DNA of 64,000 nt, from NCBI GenBank assembly GCA_963748625.1, contig CAVVJT010000010.1, positions 416,001 through 480,000 of the forward strand, given 5' to 3'. The stretch is from an uncultured Chloroflexia bacterium. Lineage in GTDB: Bacteria; Chloroflexota; Limnocylindria; Limnocylindrales; CSP1-4. Shown in pieces: positions 9,609 through 18,769 of this stretch. The position numbers and the translations under genes are program-made. The notes under the pieces were generated by a model. It worked only from the letters and a program-made list of their open reading frames with translations, was not told the origin of the DNA and ran no database searches. Position 1 is the first letter of the stretch; every line of letters begins with the position of its first letter.

Positions 9609-10247
9609 TCACGCCACCCCGGCCTTCGTCCAGCTCTTGGCAAGATTGACGGCGTCCATGGCGTTGAGCCCGAACGCGTCCGCCCCGGCGAACACGCGGA
9701 CCTGGTCGTCCACGGTCCCGCCGCCGATCATGATCTTGACGCCGTCGCGCACGCCGGCAGCCTCGAAGGCGGCCACGGTGTCGCGCATCGCGTCGTAGGA
9801 GAGGGTCAGGAAGCCCGACAGCGCGACCACGTCGGGCTTGTCGGCCTTGACTGCCTCGACGAACGTGTCGACCGGGACGTCCACGCCCAGGTCGCGGACC
9901 TCGAAGCCGTTGACCTCGAGCATGAAGTGCACGATGTCCTTGCCGATGTCGTGGATGTCGCCCTGCACGGTGCCAAGGAGGACCTTGCCCAGCTTGGGCG
10001 CGTCGCTCTCCGCCGTGAGGTGCGGCTTCACGATCTCGCTGATCTGCTTGAGCATCTCGCCTGCGAGGATCAGCTCGGGGACGAAGTACTCGCCCTTCTC
10101 GAACCGGTCGCCGACGATGGCCATGCCTTCCTTGCAGGCTTCGAGGATCTCGAGCGGCGACGTGCCGCCCTCGATCATCTCGGTCGCGAGGCTGATGGCC
10201 TGCTCGTCCTCCATCTCCGCGATGGCATCGATGAGCGCTTGTGCCAT
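9609..10247 (-). CDS. Corrinoid (cobalamin-binding) methyltransferase protein
   Basis: B12-binding_2 cap plus GDIHDIGK (DxHxxG), DLGVDVP, ALSGFLT, IMIGGG. Confidence 0.95.
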   Translation of the reverse strand: MAQALIDAIAEMEDEQAISLATEMIEGGTSPLEILEACKEGMAIVGDRFEKGEYFVPELILAGEMLKQISEIVKPHLTAESDAPKLGKVLLGTVQGDIHDIGKDIVHFMLEVNGFEVRDLGVDVPVDTFVEAVKADKPDVVALSGFLTLSYDAMRDTVAAFEAAGVRDGVKIMIGGGTVDDQVRVFAGADAFGLNAMDAVNLAKSWTKAGVA

Positions 10248-10276
10248 GCGATCTCCTCCGTTGCCGGCCGCGCCGG

Positions 10277-11095
10277 CTACTTCGTGGCGGGTACAGGGCC
10301 GAGCAGCCCTGCCCGGAACGCGCGGGTGTAGGCAAGGCAGTGCCGGTCCTTGCCAAGGAGTAGCTCGGTCGCAAGCAGGGACGCCTTCAGCTCGCGATCG
10401 AGGGGGTCGAGGATCGCGCAGTCGAGTCCGGCCTCGACGGCGAGCGTGAGGTAGGTCCGGTTCACCAGCGCGCGGGATGGCAGGCCGAACGAGACGTTGG
10501 ACAGCCCGGACGTCATGTGGACGTCGGGGAACTCCGCCTTCACGCCGCGCATCGTCGCGAGGGCGATGTTGGCGCTCTGGACGTTGGTGGAGATGGTCAT
10601 GACGAGCGGGTCCACGTAGACCCTGCCGTCGGGGATGCCCGCCTCGCGGGTGAGGCTGATGAGGCGGCGGATCACGGTCATCCGGGCCTCGGTGCTGGCC
10701 GGGATCCCGTTGTCATCGAGGGCCAGGGCGACGACCTCACCACCGGCCGCCGCGGCCAGCGGCAGGACGCCGTCGATGCGGTGCTGCTCACCGCTGATGG
10801 AATTGACGAGCGGGGTCTTGGAGACCGCGCCGAGCGCCGCCCGCAGGGCCTTCGGGTTGGCCGTGTCGATCGAGAGCGGCAGATCCACGACGGACTGGAC
10901 GGTCTCGATGAGCCAGACAAGGTCCTCGGGCTCGCGCTCGGGACTGGTGCCCGCGTTGACATCGATCCACGTCGCGCCGGCTTCGGCCTGGCGACGCGCC
11001 AGGTCCTCGATGAACGCCTGGTCGCGACCGACGACGGCGGTCTGGACGGACTTGCGGGTGCCGTTGATCTTCTCGGCGATGACCTGGAATGCCAT
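10277..11095 (-). CDS. Pterin-binding methyl-THF:corrinoid methyltransferase (AcsE/MetH-domain-like)
   Basis: IAEKING, WIDVNAG, SIDT, NSISGE, VDPLV, GLSNVSFGLP. Confidence 0.9.
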   Translation of the reverse strand: MAFQVIAEKINGTRKSVQTAVVGRDQAFIEDLARRQAEAGATWIDVNAGTSPEREPEDLVWLIETVQSVVDLPLSIDTANPKALRAALGAVSKTPLVNSISGEQHRIDGVLPLAAAAGGEVVALALDDNGIPASTEARMTVIRRLISLTREAGIPDGRVYVDPLVMTISTNVQSANIALATMRGVKAEFPDVHMTSGLSNVSFGLPSRALVNRTYLTLAVEAGLDCAILDPLDRELKASLLATELLLGKDRHCLAYTRAFRAGLLGPVPATK

Positions 11096-11103
11096 GGGCT
11101 GCC

Positions 11104-13011
11104 TCAGTCCTCAGTGGAGATGGAGCGGGGGAAGAGCATCGAGTTCGCGAACCGGCGCTGGAACCCGGGGTAGGTGGTGAGCTCCACGTAGCCCGCCTCG
11201 TGGGCGATGTCGCGGGCGCGCGCCCGCTCCCGGAGCGAGATGAGCGCGGCCTTGGCACCGGTGCCGGCGGCGTTGCCGACCTGGACGTAGGCGGCGTTGG
11301 GGAGCCTGGGCAGGAGCCCGATGGCGATGGCGTTGTCGAGGTCGAGATAGCTCCCGAAGGCGCCGGCGACCACGACCTCGTCCACCGACGCCGGATCGGT
11401 CCCGGTGGCGTCGAGCAGGATCGAGATGCCGCACTCGATGGCGCCCTTGGCCAGCTGGATCTCGTTGATGTCGCCCTGGGTGATGGCCACGTCGCGCCCG
11501 ATGCCGTTGGTCGCGGCCGGTGCGAGGACGTACTCGAGCCCCTTCTCGCTGCGGCGCACGCCCTCTGTGTCGGCCTGGAGCCGGCCCCGGAAGTCGATGC
11601 GGCCAGTGCGGTACAGCTCGGCGACGGCGTCCACGATCCCCGACCCGCAGATGCCCACGGCGGGTGCTCCGCCGATGGTGTCGATCTCGGGCCCGCGGTC
11701 GTCCTCGAACATGCGCACGCGCTCGATGGCGCCCGTAGCCGCCCGCATGCCGTCACGGATATGGGCGCCCTCGAAGGCGGGGCCGGAGGCGCAGGAGGTG
11801 GACGCGAGGTGGCCCATCGAGGGGCGGCGCAGGACGATCTCGGTGTTGGTGCCGATGTCCACGCCCACCTTGACCGCGTCCACCTTGTCCAGGTCCGCAC
11901 CCAGGATCATCGCCACGTGGTCTGCGCCCACGAACCCGCCGACATTGGGGAGCACGTGGATGCGCGCGTCGGGCGCCAGGTGCAGGCCCAGGTCCCGGGA
12001 GCGCACGTCCATCGGTGACGAGGTGGACGCCACGAACGGTGCCTGGCTCAACTGACGCCCGGGGAGGCCCAGCAGCAGGTGGTGCATGGCGGTATTGCCC
12101 ACGATGCAGCCTTCGGCGACCTGGTCGCGCTCGACACCGGCGGCCTCACACATGGAGCCGACGAGCTGGTCCAGGCCCTCGCGGACCACGCGGGCCATCG
12201 TGTCCGAGCCGTTGGGCTGGCGGACGGCGTAGGCGAGGCGGCTGATGACATCCTCGCCGTAGGCGATCTGGGGGTTCATCAGCCCCTCGCTCACCAGCTC
12301 CTCGCCGGTCTCGAGGTCGATCAGGTAGCCCGCGATCTTGGTCGTGCCGAGGTCCACCGCGAGGCCGACCGCGTGCAGGCCGGGCTCAAGCACCCCGACG
12401 ACCTCTGCGCCACGCACGAGGAGGGTGACCTCCCAGCCGGTGCGCCGGACGAGGCCGGTGAGCTGGGCCAGCACCACCGGGTCCGCGTGCAGGCGCCGGA
12501 GGCCGTGGGCGACGGTGGCGGCGGCGAGGATGCGGTCGAAGTCGGAGCGGGCATCGCGCAGGCTGGGGGGCTCCGCGTGGACGCGGTAGACGCGCACGGC
12601 GGGGTCCACCGCGATGATCCGGTGCGGCCCGGTGACCTGGAGCCGCTGGTCGGTGATGAGCGAGGCCTTGGGGACGTGCACCTTGATGGCACTGGTCACG
12701 GGGACACGGCAGGCCAGCCGCTCGCCGTGGGCGATCTCGGACCGGCTGAGCGCGCGCCGGTCGGCATCGGATGGCGTGGGCAGGTCACCCTCCATCACGA
12801 CGACACGGCACCGGCCGCAGGTCCCGTCGCCGCCGCACACGGAAGCGAGGCCGATGCCCGCGTCCCGTGCGGCGTCCAGGAGGAGCGACCCCGGCTCCAC
12901 CTGCACCCGGCGACCCGCAGGCTGGAAGTCGACCTCGAAGGTCACCGACGCCGGGGCCGGTCCGCGGGAGGGCTCAGGCGCGCCCGAATCAGGCACGCTC
13001 GAATCAGCCAC
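11104..13011 (-). CDS. ASKHA-domain reductive activator of corrinoid proteins (RACo/RamA, DUF4445) with N-terminal 2Fe-2S
   Basis: CGGDGTCGRC...RLAC; DLGTT; DIGTNTE; ASGPAFEG; GICGSG; AGAFGS. Confidence 0.93.
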   Translation of the reverse strand: MADSSVPDSGAPEPSRGPAPASVTFEVDFQPAGRRVQVEPGSLLLDAARDAGIGLASVCGGDGTCGRCRVVVMEGDLPTPSDADRRALSRSEIAHGERLACRVPVTSAIKVHVPKASLITDQRLQVTGPHRIIAVDPAVRVYRVHAEPPSLRDARSDFDRILAAATVAHGLRRLHADPVVLAQLTGLVRRTGWEVTLLVRGAEVVGVLEPGLHAVGLAVDLGTTKIAGYLIDLETGEELVSEGLMNPQIAYGEDVISRLAYAVRQPNGSDTMARVVREGLDQLVGSMCEAAGVERDQVAEGCIVGNTAMHHLLLGLPGRQLSQAPFVASTSSPMDVRSRDLGLHLAPDARIHVLPNVGGFVGADHVAMILGADLDKVDAVKVGVDIGTNTEIVLRRPSMGHLASTSCASGPAFEGAHIRDGMRAATGAIERVRMFEDDRGPEIDTIGGAPAVGICGSGIVDAVAELYRTGRIDFRGRLQADTEGVRRSEKGLEYVLAPAATNGIGRDVAITQGDINEIQLAKGAIECGISILLDATGTDPASVDEVVVAGAFGSYLDLDNAIAIGLLPRLPNAAYVQVGNAAGTGAKAALISLRERARARDIAHEAGYVELTTYPGFQRRFANSMLFPRSISTED

Positions 13012-13750
13012 GCCCGAAGCCGGGCAGCTGCGGTGCGGGCGTGCGGCCGTCGCGCACGAACATCTGGTACGTGACCTCGACGCCCGGCTCCACCACGACG
13101 CACTCCTCGTCCCACGGCCCGAAGAGGAGCTTCTCCACCAGCGTGGGGGTGCCCTTGATCTCCTCGTACCGGAGCTCGAAGTGGCGGGCGTTCTCCTTGG
13201 CGAACTCCCGGTAGTGCTCCAGCTCGTAGGCGCCGGTGTCGATGAAGGCGATCCGTGTGTAGTTCTTGAGCATCAGCTTCATGATGCGATCGGCCTTGGC
13301 CTCGCCGTACTTGCCCACCAGGTCCATCTGCGAGTCGAGCGGGCTGTCCTTCGCCTCGATCCAGCCCTTGGTCAGGAAGTAGGTGCCGGGCTCCGCTGCG
13401 TGCTGGGCCTCGTACTCGTCGCGCGAGCCCAGGAAGATCGCGATGCAGTCGTCCACCCGCGGGATGACGAGGCGGGCGCTCTTCGACGTGAGGCCGACCA
13501 CGCCCTGGGAGCACAGGCCATAGCCGAGCAGGATGGTCTCGAACCCCTCCGACCGGTCGATGACCTCCTGAAGGGCCGCCGTCAGCCCGCCGGGACGGAA
13601 GTGGAGGCCGAAGTCCATGACCTCGCGGACCATCTCGTCCGGCATCCGCGGCGCCATCTCCTCGATCACCGTGGCGCAGGCGATGACCTTCACGCGGGCG
13701 GGGTCGTACGGGAAGGTGCGGGCGGGCGGCAGGGGTTCGGATCCAGTCAA
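13004..13750 (-). CDS. DUF1638 domain protein
   Basis: KVIAC, GLH, LGYGLCS.G, PRVDDCIAIFLGS, TYFLTKGW, YTRIAFIDTG. Confidence 0.88.
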   Translation of the reverse strand: MTGSEPLPPARTFPYDPARVKVIACATVIEEMAPRMPDEMVREVMDFGLHFRPGGLTAALQEVIDRSEGFETILLGYGLCSQGVVGLTSKSARLVIPRVDDCIAIFLGSRDEYEAQHAAEPGTYFLTKGWIEAKDSPLDSQMDLVGKYGEAKADRIMKLMLKNYTRIAFIDTGAYELEHYREFAKENARHFELRYEEIKGTPTLVEKLLFGPWDEECVVVEPGVEVTYQMFVRDGRTPAPQLPGFGRG

Positions 13751-13780
13751 TGGAGCTCCTGGGTGACGGACCGGTCGCGA

Positions 13781-13803
13781 TTGCGATATATAAACATTGC
13801 AAT
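13781..13803. promoter_or_regulatory. AT-rich imperfect palindrome in the divergent promoter; candidate GntR/HutC operator
   Basis: TTGCGATATATAAACATTGCAA within very GC-rich DNA. Confidence 0.35.
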
Positions 13804-13913
13804 GGCCTGGCGGAGTGGGACGAGACGCCCTGAATCGAGGGGCCGTTCGGCCTCCCCGCTCCCCTGGCCGAGCCGCGAAGGTTGCAGACGACCACGAGGA
13901 GGCAGAGGTGGCG

Positions 13914-14741
13914 ATGCTGGGCGAGGAGCGGGCGGGCGGACCGGGGCGTGCCGCCGGCGCAGGCTCCGTGCGCCGGATCGATCGCGAATCGTTCGAGCCC
14001 GCCTATTCGCAGCTCGCCGACATCCTCCGCCAGCGGATCGAGGAGGGCGAGTTCCACGCCGGCGACCGGCTCCCCACCGAGGCGGAGCTGATGCGCACCT
14101 ACGGGCTGTCGCCGGTGACGGTGCGGCGTGCGATCAAGATCCTGGTCGACGAGCGGGCGGTCACCGCGACCCCGGGCCGCGGCACGTTCGTGGAGGCGGC
14201 CTCGATCGCCACCGCGACCTTCGACCTGGGCTCGTTCCGGGCGATCCTGGCCGATCCGAGGGTCAAGGTCCGGATGCTCGCGGTCCGGGTTCGGCCCGCG
14301 TCGGGGCGGGTCGCCCGCATGCTGGAGCTGGACGAGGGTGACCGGGTGGTGTCGATCCGGCGGGTCCTGCACCGGGACGGCCAGCCGGTGATGTTCCACC
14401 GGGAGTCGCTCACGTACGACCCGCGGCGCCCGGTGATCGAGACCGAGCTCGGGGTGACCGCACTGCGCGACCTGTTCGAGGGCAACGGCCAGGTGGGTCC
14501 CAAGCGGGGCCGCCTCACGCTGCTGGCCACGACCCTGCGCGATGAGGAGGCGCAGCACCTGCGGGCGACCGTGGGCGAGGCCGCCTTCCTCCTGGAGCAC
14601 CACTTCTTCGGCTTCGACGATCGGCCGCTCTCGTGGGGCGTGTTCGTGTGCCGGGCGGGGCTGCTGACCTTCGAGACCACCGTCGGCTTCGACTCCCGGA
14701 GCACGACGCCAGGCCCGGCGACCCGGGAGGAGATGGCGTGA
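13914..14741 (+). CDS. GntR family regulator (HutC/UTRA type)
   Basis: YSQLADILR...GDRLPTEAELMRTYGLSPVTVRRAI...GRGTFV plus UTRA-like C-terminus. Confidence 0.9.
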   Translation: MLGEERAGGPGRAAGAGSVRRIDRESFEPAYSQLADILRQRIEEGEFHAGDRLPTEAELMRTYGLSPVTVRRAIKILVDERAVTATPGRGTFVEAASIATATFDLGSFRAILADPRVKVRMLAVRVRPASGRVARMLELDEGDRVVSIRRVLHRDGQPVMFHRESLTYDPRRPVIETELGVTALRDLFEGNGQVGPKRGRLTLLATTLRDEEAQHLRATVGEAAFLLEHHFFGFDDRPLSWGVFVCRAGLLTFETTVGFDSRSTTPGPATREEMA

Positions 14742-15406
14742 CGGAGACGCTGGAGACCCTGATCGCGGATCTCGAGGAGGAGCGGGCGATCGCCCTTGTG
14801 CGCCGGCGGCTGGCCGCGGGCGAGGATCCCGGGGCGATCATCGAGGACTGCCAGCGCGGGCTTGCGGTCGTCGGGGACCGCTATCGCGAGGGCACCTACT
14901 TCATCGCGGGCCTGATCATGGCGGGCGAGATCTTCCGCGAGGTGATGGAGATCCTGGAGCCGCTGGTCGGACCGGCGGCGACGCGTCCGCGGGAGGGATC
15001 CGGGCCGACGGCCGGGCGGGTGCTGGTGTGCACGGTCCAGGGCGACATCCACGACCTGGGCAAGAACCTCCTCGTGATGCTGCTGCGGGCGATGAACTTC
15101 GAGGTGGTGGACCTCGGGGTCGACGTGCCGCCCGAGGACGTCGTGCGCGCCGCGGCCGAGCTCCAGCCCGACGTGATCGGCCTGTCCGGGATGCTGCTCA
15201 CCTCGTTTCCGACCATGCGCGAGACGATCGCCGCGCTGCGTGAGGCGTTCGGGGACGGGCCAGATGCGCCCGGGATCATCGTGGGCGGCGGGCAGATGAC
15301 GGAGGGGACGGCCGCCTGGGTGGGCGCCGACCGCTGGAGCGACAACGCCGGGACGGCGATCCCCGAGATCGCGTCGCTGGTGGAGCGCAACCGTCCCGAC
15401 GAGTAA
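14738..15406 (+). CDS. Second cobalamin-binding protein, coupled to the GntR gene
   Basis: GDIHDLGKN, DLGVDVP, GLSGML, IVGGG; GTGA overlap with the GntR stop. Confidence 0.9.
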   Translation: MTETLETLIADLEEERAIALVRRRLAAGEDPGAIIEDCQRGLAVVGDRYREGTYFIAGLIMAGEIFREVMEILEPLVGPAATRPREGSGPTAGRVLVCTVQGDIHDLGKNLLVMLLRAMNFEVVDLGVDVPPEDVVRAAAELQPDVIGLSGMLLTSFPTMRETIAALREAFGDGPDAPGIIVGGGQMTEGTAAWVGADRWSDNAGTAIPEIASLVERNRPDE

Positions 15407-15465
15407 GGCCGCTTCCGGCGCCCGGACTCGCTGAGTCGCGCTGGACTCAAGTCCGCATCGGCCTC

Positions 15466-15876
15466 CTAGAGCTTGCGGTCCGACTCGCCCGTCGCGTCGA
15501 ACGAGGCGTGCATCATGCCGAGGGACGGATCCGGGCCCTTGAAGCCCACGAGGTACTCCAGGCGGATCGGCGCGAACGCCTCGTAGAACAGCACGTCCTC
15601 GTCGCCCAGCTGGCGGAACGCGTGAATCCAGTTGCCCGGGATGACGAGCAACGAGCCGGGCCCCACCTCCTTCTCCTCACCCTCGACCTTCGCCCACAGG
15701 CGCCCCGAGACCACGAGCATGATCTGCTCGGCCTCGTGCTTGTGCTCGGGGATGACCACGCCGCCTCGGTAGACGATGCGGGTCATCATGACCTTCTCGC
15801 CCGACACGGTCTGGCGGTAGACGCCCTTGACGTACTCGACCGTCGGGAACTCGTCCCAGGTGGTGATCTGGCTCAT
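15466..15876 (-). CDS. Cupin domain protein
   Basis: PEHKHEAEQI...PGNWIHAF; start at MSQITTW. Confidence 0.85.
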   Translation of the reverse strand: MSQITTWDEFPTVEYVKGVYRQTVSGEKVMMTRIVYRGGVVIPEHKHEAEQIMLVVSGRLWAKVEGEEKEVGPGSLLVIPGNWIHAFRQLGDEDVLFYEAFAPIRLEYLVGFKGPDPSLGMMHASFDATGESDRKL

Positions 15877-16907
15877 TCGGCGATCTCCTCGGACTCGGTG
15901 AGCGGGGCCGCAGCGAGCGCGTCCAGCCCGCGCAGGATCTTCTCGGGGGTGACGGGCAGCGAGTCCACGCGCACGCCGGTGGCGTGGTAGATGGCATTGA
16001 CGATGGCCGGGATCGGTGAGTTGGCGGTCATCTCGCCCACGCCCTTGACCCCATACGGGCCGTTGGCCGAGGGCACCTCCAGCACAACCGACTCGATCAC
16101 GGGCAGGTCTGCCGGACCCGGCATGAGGTAGCCCGCGTAGTCCTTGGGCGAGTGGTCGCGCGAGGGGTAGTAGGGCTCCGTCGTCTCGTACAGCGCGTGG
16201 CTCATGCCCATCCATGCGCCGCCGTGGATCTGACCCTGGACGAGCGCCGGGTTGACCATCCGGCCCACCTCGTACGCCGAGCGGATGGAGAGGACGGTGA
16301 CCACCCCGGTGTCGGTGTCCACCTCAACCTCGGCGACCGTGCAGGCGTAGGCCTGGGTCGAATCGGGGTCCATCGCGCCCGTCTCCGGGTCGACGGTTGA
16401 CTTCGGCTTCATCCAGGCGCCGCGGCCGGCGATGGTGCGCCCGTACTGGAACTGGGCGCGCGACGCAAGGTCTGCGATCCCGAGGCGCTTGGCAGGCGAT
16501 CCCGCGACGAAGACGAAGCCTTCCCCGTCGAGCACGAGATCGTTGACGCTGACCTCCAGCTCCTCCGATGCGAGCGCCAGGACCGAATCCCGCGCCTCGA
16601 TCGCGGCCGCCTTGACGGCATTGCCCACGCGGTGGGTCGCCCGCGAGGCGAAGGTGCCCATGTCGTGGGGGCCGGTGTCGGTGTCGGCGGTCTGGACCAC
16701 GATCTGGTCGTAGGGCACGCCGAGGGTCTCGGCGGCGATCTGGGCCATCACGGTCCGCAGCCCCTGGCCGAGGTCCGTGGCGGCGAGCACCACGTTGAAC
16801 GAGCCCGACGTGGTGGCGTGGATCAGGGCCTGGGACGGGTCGCCGCCCAGGTTCATGCCCGTGGGGTAGTTGACGGCGGCCATGCCGGTCCCGCGCAGCT
16901 TCGCCAT
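15873..16907 (-). CDS. Xanthine/nicotinate dehydrogenase family molybdopterin-binding subunit, C-terminal half (NdhM-like)
   Basis: DLGQG, GTFASR, EVEVDTDTG, GQIHGG, KGVGE; start MAKLRGTG. Confidence 0.88.
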   Translation of the reverse strand: MAKLRGTGMAAVNYPTGMNLGGDPSQALIHATTSGSFNVVLAATDLGQGLRTVMAQIAAETLGVPYDQIVVQTADTDTGPHDMGTFASRATHRVGNAVKAAAIEARDSVLALASEELEVSVNDLVLDGEGFVFVAGSPAKRLGIADLASRAQFQYGRTIAGRGAWMKPKSTVDPETGAMDPDSTQAYACTVAEVEVDTDTGVVTVLSIRSAYEVGRMVNPALVQGQIHGGAWMGMSHALYETTEPYYPSRDHSPKDYAGYLMPGPADLPVIESVVLEVPSANGPYGVKGVGEMTANSPIPAIVNAIYHATGVRVDSLPVTPEKILRGLDALAAAPLTESEEIAE

Positions 16908-16909
16908 GG

Positions 16910-18292
16910 TCAGCGACCTCCTTCCGGGCCGGCCGGGGCCGGATCGGACTCGGACCGGGGCGCCGATGTCATCGCCGCGAGCTCCGGCGCAAGCTCGTGC
17001 CCCACCAGGCGTGCGGCCGCCTGCATCGTCTCGATCAGCGTCGCGTCGGCTGTCGCCTTGCGGTGCGGCTTGATGTCGCCGTTCCGGTGCGCATTCCGGA
17101 AGCGGACCGTCCACGGGTCGATGCCGCAGGCCTCCGCGATCCTGTCCATCTGGACCTCGACCGCGAAGTGGCCCATCGTCACGCCGAACCCGCGCATCGC
17201 CGAGGTCGGTGTGCGGTTCGTGTAGACGCAGTACGCGTCGACCACGACGTTGGGGATCGTGTACGGGCCGCAGGCGTTGGCCGCGAACTTGGTGATCGCG
17301 TAGGGCGTCTGGCGGCTGTAGGCGCCGCAGTCCGCCATGCCGGTGACCTTGCGCGCGATGATCGTGCCGTCGGCCATGACGCCGTCCTTGATCCGGATGA
17401 TCTCGGCGCTGCGCGTGGAGGAGACCTGCATCTCCTCGGAGCGGTTGTAGACGTAGCGGACCGGCCGCCCGGTGAGCACGGCGCCCAGGGTGGCGAGCGG
17501 CTCAACGATCACATCCACCTTGCCGCCGAACCCACCGCCGACGGTGCCGCCCACGAAGCGCAGCCTGTTCGCCGGCATCGCCAGGATGATGGAGGTGTTG
17601 TCGAGGCTGAAGTAGATCGCCTGGGTGTTCGTGTAGACGGTGAACCGGCCGTTGGCCTCCGGGACGGCGATGCAGCCGGTGGTTTCGAGCGGCGCGTGCT
17701 CGATGGGGCTGGTGCGGTACTCGCCCTCCACGATGTGGTCGGCCTGCGCGAAGCCGGCCTCGACGTCGCCCAGCCGGACGCGACGGCACTCGTGGCCCTC
17801 GTACATGAACGTGTTGTTGCCCCAGTGGGTGACGATCGGGGCGCCGGGGGCCAGGGCCTCGTCCATGTCGAAGACGGCCGGCAGCTCCTCGAGGTCCAGG
17901 CGGACCTTCGCGACGGCCTCGTAGGCGGCGGCCTCGGTCTCGGCGAGGATCGCGACGATCGGTTCGCCCTTGTAGCGGACGCGGTCCACCGGGAGGACGA
18001 ACTCCTCCTCGGGTTCGACGCCGATCAGGCCCAGGATCGTGTAGACGTTGTGCGGGACGTCCTTGTGCGTGAGGACCCGGACGACACCCGGGACCTGCTC
18101 GGCCGCCGAGGTGTCGACGCCCCGGATCCGTGCGTGGTGGAGCGGGCTGCGGACGACCTTCAGGTGGAGCTGGCGCGGGAAGGCGAGGTCGGTGCTGAAC
18201 TGGGTCCGGCCGGTGACATGGCCGATGCCGTCGTTGCGCTCGACCGCCTGGCCGACGGTGTGGAGGGTGTCGGGCTCGATCGTCCCGGTCAT
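16910..18292 (-). CDS. Xanthine/nicotinate dehydrogenase family molybdopterin-binding subunit, N-terminal half (NdhL-like)
   Basis: VRSPLHHARI, VRYKGEP, HAPLET, VGGGFGGK, AMRGFG. Confidence 0.9.
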   Translation of the reverse strand: MTGTIEPDTLHTVGQAVERNDGIGHVTGRTQFSTDLAFPRQLHLKVVRSPLHHARIRGVDTSAAEQVPGVVRVLTHKDVPHNVYTILGLIGVEPEEEFVLPVDRVRYKGEPIVAILAETEAAAYEAVAKVRLDLEELPAVFDMDEALAPGAPIVTHWGNNTFMYEGHECRRVRLGDVEAGFAQADHIVEGEYRTSPIEHAPLETTGCIAVPEANGRFTVYTNTQAIYFSLDNTSIILAMPANRLRFVGGTVGGGFGGKVDVIVEPLATLGAVLTGRPVRYVYNRSEEMQVSSTRSAEIIRIKDGVMADGTIIARKVTGMADCGAYSRQTPYAITKFAANACGPYTIPNVVVDAYCVYTNRTPTSAMRGFGVTMGHFAVEVQMDRIAEACGIDPWTVRFRNAHRNGDIKPHRKATADATLIETMQAAARLVGHELAPELAAMTSAPRSESDPAPAGPEGGR

Positions 18293-18768
18293 CGGACCGG
18301 CTCCCCAGCCGCCGCCGCGGCTTCGATCGCCTTGATCACGGGCTCGTACCCGGTGCAGCGGCAGACGTTGCCCGCGAGCGCATCGACGATCTCGTCGCGC
18401 GTCGGGGTCGGGTTGTGGTCCAGCAGGGCCTTCGTGAGCATCTCCATGCCCGGCGTGCAGTAGCCGCACTGGAAGCCGTTGGCGTCGAGGTAGGCGCGCT
18501 CGATGGAGCTGAGGCCCTGCGCGGGGGTGAGCGCCTCGAGCGTGGTGACCGTCCGGCCCGCGACGTCCTGGACCGGCAGCAGGCAGGCAAGCATCGGCTC
18601 ACCGTCCACCAGCACCGTGCACGAGCCGCAGCCGCCCTGGCGGCAGCCGTCCTTCACCGAGATCTGGCCGAGCTGCGTCCGGAGCACCTGCTGGAGGGTG
18701 GCCAGCGGGCTGACCAGGACCTCCACGGGGCGTCCGCCCAGCTCGAAGCCGACAACGACCGAGGCCAT
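18289..18768 (-). CDS. (2Fe-2S)-binding subunit (CoxS-like)
   Basis: GCRQGGCGSC, QCGYCTPG, GNVCRCTGY. Confidence 0.95.
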   Translation of the reverse strand: MASVVVGFELGGRPVEVLVSPLATLQQVLRTQLGQISVKDGCRQGGCGSCTVLVDGEPMLACLLPVQDVAGRTVTTLEALTPAQGLSSIERAYLDANGFQCGYCTPGMEMLTKALLDHNPTPTRDEIVDALAGNVCRCTGYEPVIKAIEAAAAAGEPVR

Positions 18769-18769
18769 G

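Noticed and set aside
13751-13910. Cobalamin riboswitch upstream of the corrinoid operon
   Set aside because: No recognisable B12-box or GGGAA/GCCACTG elements, and the interval is short; not supportable without cmscan.
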